This document shows positions 14,637-26,505 of a stretch of 64,000 nt of DNA, in pieces; positions within the stretch are counted from its first letter, which is position 1; the number at the start of each line of letters is the position of its first letter. The stretch spans positions 80,538,001 to 80,602,000 of the forward strand of contig OX597816.1 in NCBI GenBank assembly GCA_951406725.2, given 5' to 3'. Under the pieces are notes generated by a model. It ran no database searches. It worked only from the letters and a program-made list of their open reading frames with translations, and was not told the DNA's origin. The position numbers and the translations under genes were made by a program. The DNA comes from Octopus vulgaris (Eukaryota).

Positions 14637-17047
14637 GACCCCCATAACAACTGAAGAGGTCACCCAGGCACTGCAAAGACTAAGCAACTGGAAGGCACTT
14701 GGGCATGACAAGATCCCCAACTTCTGGTTGAAATATCTAACAGGAATGAACAAAAAGCTGGCTGAACACTTTAACAACGTACTAGCAGAGCCAGAGACAA
14801 TGCCTGAATGGCTCACGAAGGGGAAAACCATCTTAATTCCCAAATCAAATGAAACAGAAAAACCAGAAAACTACAGACCAATAACCTGCCTCCCTACTAT
14901 GTTCAAGGCATTTACTGCAGTGATATCACAAAGGCTGAACAAGCACCTGGACGAAAACAAACTGTTCCCAGAAGAGCAGAAAGGATGCCGCAAAGGCTCA
15001 TATGGCTGTAAAGATCAACTAATGATTAATAAAGCCATAACTGAAGACAGCCACAGAAAGAAGAAAGGCCTCAGTATGGCCTGGATTGACTACAAAAAGG
15101 CGTTTGATAGCATCCCCCACACATGGATCCTCGAAACACTAGCCATTAACAAAGTAGCACCAACAATCATAAAATTCATAGAGCACTCTATGAATAAATG
15201 GCAAACAGTCCTACACCTCCAAACAAAAGAGGGACTCATGAAAACCAAAGACATCCCCATTAGAAGAGGAATATTCCAGGGAGACACGCTCTCTCCACTC
15301 CTTTTCTGCTTGGCACTGTCACCGCTATCTGATATGCTAAATAGAACTGGATGCGGATATAAATGTTACGGCAAAACGATCAGCCACCTTTTATATATGG
15401 ATGACCTTAAAACTATACGCTGCAAATGACAAACAGCTGGAAACACTATTAAAGACAGTTCATGGATTTACCAAAGAAATAGATATGAAATTTGGATTAG
15501 AAAAATGCGCCAAAGTAACCATGACAAGAGGAAAACTAGTTAAGAGTAACAACATCACACTAGATAAAACCAATGAAATAAAAGAATTAGACCAAAGCCA
15601 AACTTACAAATACTTAGGAATCCATGAACTAGATAAGACACAACACACACAAATGAAAGAGAAAATAAAAAAAGAATATTATAGACGAGTTATATCAATA
15701 CTAAACACAGAGCTCAATGCTAAAAACAAGATAATAGGTATCAACACTTTAGCTGTCCCAGTTATAAGTTACAGCTACAATATCCTTAACTGGACACGAA
15801 ATGAACTGACCAAAATAGATAGGAAAACAAGAAAAATAATGACAGGATCTAGGATGCATCACCCAAAATCTGACATAGAAAGACTATATATACAACGTAT
15901 AGAAGGTGGTAGAGGCCTTATACAGCTGGAAAACTACTATAAAATAACCACCATAGGACTGCAAAAATATCTACTTCAGAAGGAAGGAAAACTGATCCAG
16001 ATAGCGGCAAAACACGAGCAAAACAAAAAACTGTTCTCAGTATTTAAGGAAGCTGACAAATACAAACAAGAAATCATACCACCTAATAAATATGAAGAAG
16101 AAGAAGAAGATGAAGAAACAACAAAAGCTATAAAACAAATGAAATCCAAACTGAAAATAGAACAGCAACGAACCATGATAAAACGATGGCAAGAAAAGCC
16201 CCTTCATGGTAAATACTGGACTAAACTAAACGCAAAAGAAATAGACAAAGAAAAATCCCAACAATGGTTGAGAAGCTCAGGACTCAAAGCAGAAACAGAG
16301 GGATTTTTAATTGCAACACAAAACCAAAGCCTCCCCACCAGAAATTACCAAAAACATGTAATGAAAAGAAATATTACAAGTAACTGCAGAATATGTGGAG
16401 ATGGACAAGAAACAATAAATCATATTATCTCTAGCTGCCCAGTCCTGGCTAAGAAGGAATATATTCACAGACATGACAGAGTTGGAACCTACATACATTG
16501 GAAGCTATGCCAACATTATGGAATAACAACAGAAAAAAGATGGTATAGGCACACACCAGAAAAGGTCACAGAAAACGAGAAAGCAACCATACTCTGGGAT
16601 ATGCCGATACACACAGATAGAGAAATTAAGGCCAACAGACCAGATATAGTTGTCAGAGATCATAAAGAAAAAAATGCTTTCTAATTGATGTATCAATACC
16701 GGCTGATGACAACGTGTCTCTAAAAGAAATGGAGAAACTCTCAAAATACAAAGACCTGGAAATAGAGGTAACTAGAATGTGGAATCTGAAAACAGAAACA
16801 ATTCCTATCATAGTAGGTGCATTAGGCATGATAAAAAAATATTCAGACAAATACATAACAAAAACACCAGGACTTACAAACACATATAACATACAGAAAA
16901 TTGGACTACTAGGCACTGCACACATCCTACGCAGAACACTTTCCATACAATAACCATCAGAGCATCACAACAAATCACAGCACATACCAAAGACACACAG
17001 AGCTGCGCTCGGTAGTGAAGTGAAAGCACGCTATAAAAATAAAACTA

Positions 17048-17050
<3 letters not shown>
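14637..17050 (+). mobile_element. R4/Dong-clade non-LTR retrotransposon, 5'-truncated, young
   Basis: RT motifs (WKALGHDKI, NYRPITCL, EEQKGC, IDYKKAFDS, GIFQGDTLSPLLF, YMDD), a CCHC knuckle (CRICGDGQETINHIISSC) and RLE nuclease motifs (RHD, NRPDIV, IDV, KLSKYKDL). Short 3' UTR; (AAT)n on both sides. Confidence 0.95.
14641..16953 (+). pseudogene. RT-RLE polyprotein with two 1-nt frameshifts
   Basis: ORFs 14728-15429, 15401-16684 and 16714-16953 are one protein. There is one extra base just after YMDD (~15405-15411) and one missing base in the A7 run at ~16668-16674. No internal stop codons were seen. Confidence 0.9.
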
Positions 17051-17082
<32 letters not shown>

Positions 17083-17114
17083 CAACAACAACAATAATAA
17101 TAATAATAGTAATA

Positions 17115-17157
<43 letters not shown>
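17051..17157. repeat. (AAT)n with AAC/AGT variants, right flank/tail of the LINE
   Basis: Directly visible. Confidence 0.95.
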
Positions 17158-17159
17158 TA

Positions 17160-18238
17160 AGGCAGAAAGATAGATGCAAATAGGCCAGACATCATATTGA
17201 AAGACTTCAAACCAAGAACATGCCTCCTCATTGATGACTGTCCCTATCCATATAAACGTATCTCTCAAGACCTACCAAAAACTGAGCAAATATAAAGATC
17301 TTGAAACAAAAATCAGCAAAATGTGGAACCTGAAGACTAAAACAATACCTGTTGTCATAGGTGCCCTGGGAATGATAGCAAAAGGGGCTGATCGCTACCT
17401 AATTCAGATACCAGGAAACCCCAAAATGGCAGAAATTCAAAAGATAGTGCTCATGGGAACTGCACATATCCTACGCAAAGTACTTTCTATGTAATCTCAA
17501 GTTTTAAAACAAACATAATTTTCGTTTTTTTTTTATTGTTTTTTGACATTCACTAGTACAACACTAAATACAAAACCAAATATATGGCACACTAGGCCTA
17601 ACAACATCACGAAATTCCAACCTGTTGTCTCTTGAGGTCTTTGGGTGAGACTTCGAGCCAACTTGTACAAATATAAAGCAAAAGTCAAACATAGAATAAT
17701 ACCAGGTACTGGCACTCATGGCTTTTGATCTTAAACTGATTGGAAGTGTTATCATGTACATTGTTTTGTCTTGGTATAAAAGATGGGCTACAGCAAATAT
17801 TCTGCTCAATACCACGATTTGCTTGTCAATTGTTTGACCATGACCAGTTGAGCATGTCCCTTACTGGCTAAAGATACGTGCATCTCTGATCATGAGTAGA
17901 AGTAGTGGGCGAGCACCATAGCCATATGTTGAGATGAATTCTTTGGGGTTTGAAAAATTCACCTCCGGAAACGTAAGTGTTTTGTTCACCGTCCTTAAAC
18001 AATGTGAATTCAGTGACCTATTGAGCGAATGGGCTACTCGACCTGAAGAAAATTCTATTTGGGCTCCACTTGCAAGGTCATGCACTGTTTGTCTTGATAT
18101 GAGATCACCATGTCACGGACATATAGTTGTCATGCATTTGTGTAGTGTACTCTTATCAGACGAGTAACCATGGTGGGTATACTGGGCTTCATATATTTGT
18201 ACCCCAGTGTCACTTTGATAGCATGCGCTGCTCTCTCA

Positions 18239-18240
<2 letters not shown>
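17160..18240 (+). mobile_element. Second, divergent R4/Dong-type LINE: RLE C-terminus plus long 3' region
   Basis: KIDANRPDIILKDFKPRTCLLI / MTVP...KLSKYKDLETKISKMWNLKTKTIPVVIGALG...GTAHILRKVLSM (to 17494) is a paralogue of the first element's C-terminus. About 750 bp of non-coding sequence follows and ends in (AAT)n at 18241-18309. Confidence 0.85.
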
Positions 18241-18310
<70 letters not shown>

Positions 18311-18655
18311 CGCGCGTGTTTATTGGCAAAATAACCACTTACAAATATAACAATTTGTCTTTAAACACACGATTTCACATCGAGAATCTTCCCAGCAGTG
18401 TAAGCAGTGCATTCTGACATCAATCGCAACAGTCTCGGATAGTTTGTGAAGGACATGGACATTGTCAGAGCAAGCAAGTAAATATAACATGAGAATGCCT
18501 GTTTGTGCGTGTGTGTGTGTGTGTAAATAAGTGAGTACAAGCGTTTAGTAAGAAACGAAGAAACGATTGTAAACTTCAGCATCAAAAGAGGGACATAGAG
18601 AGTACACGATATATTTGTCAAGATATAGTTGTTACTATCGAGGAATCAAATTTCG

Positions 18656-18697
<42 letters not shown>

Positions 18698-19510
18698 CGA
18701 AGAGAGATATACGCAGAAATGCATGTATAAATGTATGTAAACGCATATTATATACATGCGTATGTGGGTGTGTGTATATATTTCTCATGTGTTTGCGTGC
18801 GTGTGGGTGGGTGTATTTTTATGCGTGGCGTATTAAATGCAAATTGAAATGAACATGTTTCCTGTCGAATTGCCTAAAATACAATTCATTATTTCGAATG
18901 CTACAGAAAACAGAATTTTTCCAATAGCAACAAAAGGAAAACAGCAAAAGCATCACAAACAAATCACAAAAATAGAACGTATGGATTGGTATTATTTTCC
19001 ACTAGATACAAATGGGATTATATAATAATTGTTTATAAGTGTAATATATGTGAAATAGCCGACATACCTCACAAGCAAGCAAACACACAGTTATACATAT
19101 ATAAGTTGTTGCCTGTGAAAGACGTATTGTATGGAAGGAAACATGGAAAATTAAATTTTCATAATAGTACAAGTGTTTTATATATATGTTTGTGTGTGTG
19201 TGTGTTGGTGTGTGTATGCATAAATGGGTCATCACAATTGCTTAAGGTAAAAATGAATTCCTCGCTCTTTCGGAAACATGAATCTTCTGTATTGACCGCT
19301 TTCCACCACTTTGATCTGTTTTTTGTATTGAATACGTATCGCCACCGTGGGCCACTGCATCGAACACTTTGAACATATACTTCAAACTATATATCAACTA
19401 TACATGAACTATATATCAACTATACATGAACTCTAAGATGTCTGACTCCGTTGTGTATTATAAATGAATTTCTTGTGTTTGACGGCATGAGCTGTCTCTT
19501 TTTATATATA

Positions 19511-19558
19511 ACTTTTTTTGATAAGGTTCATTTCAGGAACTGAAACATGTTATAATGT
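19511..19558 (+). ncRNA. Candidate minimal hammerhead ribozyme, U3-A8 core variant (degenerate)
   Basis: acttttt-TTGATAA-G GTTC atttcag GAAC T-GAAA-CATG-TT-ataatgt. It has a 5-pair stem II, a palindromic stem III (ACATGT) and a 5/7-paired stem I. Confidence 0.5.
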
Positions 19559-19650
19559 ATATATAAAAATTAAAAATTGTATAATACAGCAGCATTTTCG
19601 AACTTCATTTTTTACAAATATATACCTACTCGTATACGAGCTAATCCTAT

Positions 19651-19654
<4 letters not shown>

Positions 19655-19688
<34 letters not shown>

Positions 19689-19764
19689 TATATACATGCA
19701 TATATATATATATATATATATATATGAATATATACATGCATATATATATATATGAATATATACA

Positions 19765-19818
<54 letters not shown>

Positions 19819-19826
19819 TATATACA

Positions 19827-19870
<44 letters not shown>

Positions 19871-19878
19871 TATATACA

Positions 19879-19930
<52 letters not shown>

Positions 19931-19938
19931 TATATACA

Positions 19939-19974
<36 letters not shown>

Positions 19975-20078
19975 TATATACATGCATATATATATATATA
20001 TATATGAATATATACATGCATATATATATATATATGAATATATACATGCATATATATATATATATATGAATATATACA

Positions 20079-20112
<34 letters not shown>

Positions 20113-20120
20113 TATATACA

Positions 20121-20162
<42 letters not shown>

Positions 20163-20246
20163 TATATACATGCATATATATATATATATATATGAATATA
20201 TACATGCATATATATATATATATATATATATATGAATATATAGATG

Positions 20247-20282
<36 letters not shown>

Positions 20283-20292
20283 TATATACATG

Positions 20293-20329
<37 letters not shown>

Positions 20330-20337
20330 TATATATA

Positions 20338-20390
<53 letters not shown>

Positions 20391-20415
20391 CATATATATA
20401 TATATATATACATAT
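19655..20415. repeat. Higher-order compound satellite: (TA)n spacers between GAATATATACATGC units
   Basis: Roughly 18 copies of gaatatatacatgc separated by TA runs of variable length; copies at the right end are degenerate. Confidence 0.95.
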
Positions 20416-20439
20416 GTGGCATTTTATAATGTAGTTAGG

Positions 20440-20600
20440 GCAGGAAAGATGGCAGTATCGTTAGCTCTCCAGAAAAAAAAGCTTAGCAGCGTTTACTTCG
20501 TCTTTATATTCCGAGTTCACATTCTACTGAGGTCGAATTTACCTTTCGGGATAATAAAATAAGCACTAGTTGAGTACTTGGGTGGATGCGATCGACCTTT
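20440..20600 (+). mobile_element. SINE family B copy
   Basis: tggcagtatcgttagc...gagttcacattctactgaggtcgaatttacc...aagcactagttgagtacttgggtggatg; followed by (GATA)n at 20652-20745. Confidence 0.7.
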
Positions 20601-20651
20601 ACCACACCCACACCCCACCAAAAATCATCAAGAAGTGTAAATAAATAATGT

Positions 20652-20746
<95 letters not shown>

Positions 20747-21530
20747 GCATAAATAGATATACCCGCAAACTCATAACGAACTACATTATAAAAATACACA
20801 GATTAATGTGCATTTAAACAGCGAGAAACATTTTCTTGGTCAATCTAATCTGTCGACCGCTTCTCAGATATATTCAGTTTCTTTGCTTTGTTAGTTGCAT
20901 AGTATACGGTTTTCTATATAAACTCTCGTCAGTATTTCACCGTAGTGGATACCTTATTTTGCGTAATTTCTATGAACGCTACATCATCGAATACCTATTA
21001 GACATTTTATGAACAATAATGTGTGATTAGGAGTGCCATAAATTTAAATATTAGAAAGCCTGGGTGTGAACGAAATTAAATTTCTAGCATGTGGAACGTC
21101 TACACAAAATTTCATTTGTTATGAGAGGGAATGGAAATTTGCAGAAACACATATGCTTGCAATTGTTCGTGATAATGTGATATGAATTCCATTTCTTTTA
21201 GGGTCTTAGATTTTTACAAACCCTAATATGAATGCTCTTCATATAAGCAAGTTCCTTATTGTCTCTTAAACCCAGGTCAATGAACGATCCCAGCTTAACT
21301 AAAAAGAAATTTGATATACGTTAACAATTTGATTGTCGCTGTTTTAAAACTGTTCAGCAGATGATTACAAGGAGCTTTAACATATATATACACACGCACA
21401 TTTTAGCTGATGCACGCATTTACATTGTATGCATTGAATGCATATGTACATGCATTCATATATCCATATACGTGTGAGTGAATGTATATGTGCTTGTGAA
21501 CATTTCTAGGTGTGTCTGCAAACATATTTT

Positions 21531-21568
<38 letters not shown>

Positions 21569-22380
21569 GTGTGTGTGTGTGTGTGTATGTATGTATGCGT
21601 GTGTGTGTGGGGGGGAAGAGAGTGAGAGAGAGAAAGAGGGGGAGAGAGATGCTATGACAGATAATTTGTGTGCGTGAATCAGTGAGTTTGTGGATAAATA
21701 CATTGTAATGCATATAAAAGAATGACATGATGAGAAGAGAGAGAATTGGGTATGGATATATTAATTCAATAATACATACTTATAAAATATTGAATGCTTA
21801 AAATTAATTTATCTTACTGTTTTCTTTATGTTGTTGTTGCTTTTTGTATATAAATATCTTATACAAAACGTTGTTATGAATTCAATATCCTACTCAAATT
21901 TCAAAATTGTGAGGAATAACATGGTCTAAAAAATCACATTATTATATTCTCATGATTGTAATTGAACGAGAAATATTTAATAATTTCAAAATTGTAGAAC
22001 TGTTGAAATATATATAACGATAATGATTTCATTGTTTATTGATATATTTACATGCTTTTTTTTTTACATTTTATTTTTACACCTGGTCCGATCTTCTTTC
22101 TATTTGCGTATAATGTATCTTTTTGAATTAGACAAAAGATTTATATTAACAAGGCGATTATTCACTTCAAATAAGATCATGAAAAGTTATTTAAAAACTG
22201 CTCATGTAAGTTATATATCCATGCATAATATGTACGTAAACAAACGCACGTATGTTCATACACACATAAGGCACACAAACAAATACACATTCATTCAAAA
22301 CCATCAATCAGACACACAATATAGATAGAGGGATAGATAGATAGATATATAGATAAAGATAGAGAGAGATACATATACCT

Positions 22381-22412
<32 letters not shown>

Positions 22413-22430
22413 GTATATACATACACACGC

Positions 22431-22461
<31 letters not shown>

Positions 22462-22919
22462 TGTATGTATGTATGTATGTATGTATGTATGTATGTATGT
22501 ATGTATCGCTTCCTTTGTTTCTGAGATTCGATATAAATGTAATATCCGAATAAACGTAGTTCGGATCCTCTCACTTATCTTTCAGTGTATGACCAAAATA
22601 CGTCACCCTTCAAGTAGGTTAAATGTTATTTATTTGCACTGGTCGGTATATCATACCACTAGAAGAAGTTAAATTATTGCATAATTTAGAAATTTTTCCT
22701 TGGTAGTGTGTTCTTCCTTGAACTTAATAAAAGGGAGGCAAAATATCTATTTAGAGAGGAACTCCGATAGTGGCTTGGTGTAAAAACTTATAAAGAATGT
22801 CATTGTGTTCAACTAATCAAACGTGTCAACGAAACCGTAACGATTGAAGACATAAATAAATGAAAGTAGAGGTCTCTCTGATATATTTCAAAATGTTGTC
22901 TAACTATGCCAGTTGTAAA

Positions 22920-23061
22920 CAGGTGTGGAGAAAATTTTTCAAGAAGTGGGCCGCATGACGCTCATCAACAGTCGACTGCATTACTGAAAAAAATTCAAGA
23001 TAATTTTTCGTTATATCTGTTCTTCAGAAACTCTCGTGGGTCGCATTTTGCCCATGACTAG
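22920..23061. mobile_element. hAT-type MITE remnant
   Basis: Ends caggtgtggagaaa ... ttgcccatgactag resemble CAGGNGTGGGCAA hAT TIRs, with subterminal gtgggccgcat / gtgggtcgcat motifs. Confidence 0.45.
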
Positions 23062-25636
23062 TTTACATTGTCACAATTGCTTGAACATTCTACAAATTCC
23101 ACTTGTTTAGATATATTCCTTAAGTAATTTCAAATTTATAAAATTTAGGAAACATTTTTCCTCTCAGAATCTTAAGAATCGGTACTTCTCTGCCTACCTC
23201 CAAATAACGAATAACAAAATATATTCTGGAGGGATTGTATCAATATAAACTATTTCATGTAGCTTTCTCTGACTATCTTGATGCTGGCCTATTTCAGGAT
23301 GGTCTCATTACTTAGCCCGTTATATATATTATCTCTGGAATCTATTTAGGGTTTATTGTAGATTTGCTAATTATGGAGATGGTGGTGGCAAGAATTGAAT
23401 TGCTCAATTAAATACTCGATATTAGCACTTTCTAATCTCTGATTCACCGCACAGCGTATATCTCTTTTATATATGAATTTAATTTCTTAATCATGGACAA
23501 GGCTCCAGGTTTATTCAGAAAGAAGTAAGAAATGTTATCATATGTCGTTAAACCTTTACCTAAAACCATTAAGAAATGATACAACAATGAATAATGTGAA
23601 ATGCATTCAAGAAAAGGCTTTCAAGGAACTTCTCTTTTTTCTTCTTTGCTGACAGCTTTATACTCGTGTTTCTAAATTTATAACTGTTAATTGAAATATC
23701 AGATGTTAATGCATTTCCATAGTTTTAAAAGTGTTAGCACATACGATGATGAGATTTGTATTGCTTAAATCTTATCTGTTTCGAATTTGATGTATTTTAA
23801 TCGCTCAGTAGAATAAAGTAAGCGTAAGTAAAATTATTGCAAAAGTAGGAAAAAGCAAGTTAGATTTCTCCTTTGGGTTACTGGGATGAACTCAAAATTC
23901 CGTATTTATATAATTTAACGTTCTGACTCAAGCTGCACAACTGTGGTTGTGATTGAACCTGGCATTCAAGGAATTGAATTCCAGAAGTTTTCAGACTTTT
24001 TCAGGGGAGTCTGATAATGTTTGCAATGCACCTTGTATTTATGTAAAATTAGTCAAGCAGACTGTTTAAAAAATACCAATATCGAAGTAAATGATTGAAG
24101 GTGAAAATGACCAACACTTGAGATACTTCCCAACCTACCAAAAGTATTAGGTGGGCGAATTTGAAGATTTAAGTTAAAGGAGCACTGTATATTTGTCAAT
24201 ATATTTAGCTCCTATATCATATTCAAATCCACTTTCGAACTTACTTAGAAGACAAATTGTGTTTATCAGCTGAATTTCTGTGGAAATCTTCCTGAATGAG
24301 AAATCTCCCAAATGCGAAACCTACGACCCGATGTGCAATAAGATTCACAACCCTTATTTATCCATCTAAAACACAATCTATTTTATGGGAAATCATCTAT
24401 ACTTTTCTCATATACCGTTTTTATCTAATTCTTCTCGGTTATTTTTCGACCAATGTTTCTCTCGGGTTAATAACATTTATAAATCTATCAATCTCGTCCA
24501 CTTTCGCAGCATCTTCTTGAATGTCTAAGAACGTCGATAATATTATTTAGTATTTTAGTTTTTTCTGTTTAGATATTAACTGTATTCCGCCTCGTCATTT
24601 TGTATTTTGTAAATTAGATCATGCCGTTATCTAGAAAAAAATACCTTATAAATGAACTACAGTTTTGCTTCACTTTTGCAATTTATCTAACTTATGTTAC
24701 AATCTAGGATTTGTATTCTCAAATGCCTGTAGTATAAAAACCATTCGCAGCGTCAAACGATTGTTTATATATATTTGTTGGATTGTGTGCATATTCATCG
24801 AACTATTTCAGCTGTCGGAGATAGAACATGTTAGCTGTCTATCTAGCTTAGTATTTAAAGAAAATCCATGACAAGGCGAATTTCGTAATATCAAAATCTC
24901 TATTACTTCACAAGATTATACTCACATCGTAGCACTCACAAATTAAGCAGTTTTAAATATATTTTTGGTTTTCCTTTTTGTTTATATTTATGTATTTGTA
25001 CTCATTATTTGTATTCTTTGCAATACAGGTTAATTATTTCAAAACGACCGCAAACTCTAAAATCTTAACGAAATTTCAAAATAAAAATATGAAATAAAAA
25101 TATGCTTCATGGATTAGCTTGTAAGAAATAAGAATCTAAAAGCATTTTAACAAAGTCTGCTATGGCCGTGTTCCTTTATCAGCGTATTTCAGCATCGCAT
25201 TTAATACCACTGAAAACGTTTTCTCAGTACATCTTAACTTCTTCTCTCAGTATTCCAGAAACATTATCAAAGAAATACTTCCCAGCATAAATCCACTGAT
25301 TCTGTTTTGAAATGCCATTACTTTTCTGTTGGCATTTAATTGAGTTTCTGCGGAATAAAATGCGTCAAAAATAAATTAACACCGAGTAACCTACAATACG
25401 GAGTTTATTCTCAACTACATCTCTACACAACTGGTTATTACACCATATAGGACTGGTTTCCCAGTTTCTCTGGCGTACATATTAAAGCCTAGACGGGATG
25501 TCGCATGTCGCTCCTTCACAGGATTACTCATTTTCACTAACTGAGTGAACTGGAGCAATGTACAAGGAAGTGTTTCTTCAAGAAATCATAACTTTACGAT
25601 TATGAGTCCAACAGCCTAACGACTCATACACCTCTA

Positions 25637-25679
<43 letters not shown>

Positions 25680-25826
25680 GAGAGAGGGGTAAAAAGAAAG
25701 AAATGCACATTAGGCATAAATATAATGGCTTGTATTTGTTTTATAAAAACAAAGATATATACATGCAAATAAATGATTAGAGGTGGAATTAAGAAGTATA
25801 AAAATCATTATTATGAGTTATTATAG

Positions 25827-25865
25827 AAAGTCATGCCCGTTTCGTCATAGCTGTTCACTGACTTT
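25827..25865 (-). ncRNA. Minimal hammerhead ribozyme, G3-C8 core variant (copy 1)
   Basis: aaagtca-GTGAACA-G ctatga C-GAAA-CGG-GCA-tgacttt. Stem I is 7 bp; U16.1 is changed to C. Confidence 0.65.
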
Positions 25866-26466
25866 GAATCGACACCGATTTGCAAACGGTTTTGTGTCTA
25901 ATAGTACCTGAGTGAAAAGAGTGCATGCAAGGGAGGTAAGTGGTTCTGAAAATTATGCAATTAAGGTAGATATGATTACTAGAAAATGAATGGTATATGG
26001 CATGTATGAGCATAAGTGAGATTATTGGTATTAGCAAGGGTAGTAGTGCCCTGCATTAAGTTCTTTGTTCGTGTTAGTTGTGGTGGATATTTATCAATGA
26101 AATTTGCTGCTTCATTTAATCTTTGCTGCACTGTGATATTCTGGTGATACTGATAAAAGGGGAAAATTTAGAAGTTTGGTTTAAGGTTCGTAGCACATCT
26201 GCCTATGTGCGCACTGACCTGTATCTGTCTATATTGTGGGAAGCGGATTTTTTCTTCGCCTGAGGGAATTCGTGTTTGGCCTATATAGTAGGTAATAACA
26301 TAGATTAAGTTTTCAGAGTCACAAGTAAAATTTAACTTATCATAAACATTTCACCTTGTTTGAAGTAAAAGGTGGGGACATGTGCCACAGTTAGGTCTTC
26401 CGCATTTTTCCAGTTTTGGTTCCGTTGTTAAGGGATATAGTCTTTTGCGCTGGTTGATGTTTTTTC

Positions 26467-26505
26467 AAAGTCAGTGAGCAGCTATGACAAAACTGGTATG
26501 ACTTT
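26467..26505 (+). ncRNA. Minimal hammerhead ribozyme, G3-C8 core variant (copy 2)
   Basis: aaagtca-GTGAGCA-G ctatga C-AAAA-CTG-GTA-tgacttt. Stem I is 7 bp and the GUA cleavage triplet is present; G12 is changed to A. Confidence 0.65.

Noticed and set aside
16660-16690. A_AAA_AAU slippery heptamer as a programmed -1 frameshift before the RLE end
   Set aside because: R4/Dong elements have a single ORF and no stimulatory structure is evident; a homopolymer indel is the simpler explanation.
19685-20345. CRISPR-like repeat-spacer look
   Set aside because: The spacers are only (TA)n, the context is eukaryotic, and there are no cas genes.
19550-20429. Long YI/MHVY-rich ORFs (also 2967-3578, 28535-29064, 53235-53599 and others)
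   Set aside because: They are translations of TA/CA/TACA microsatellites, which lack stop codons.
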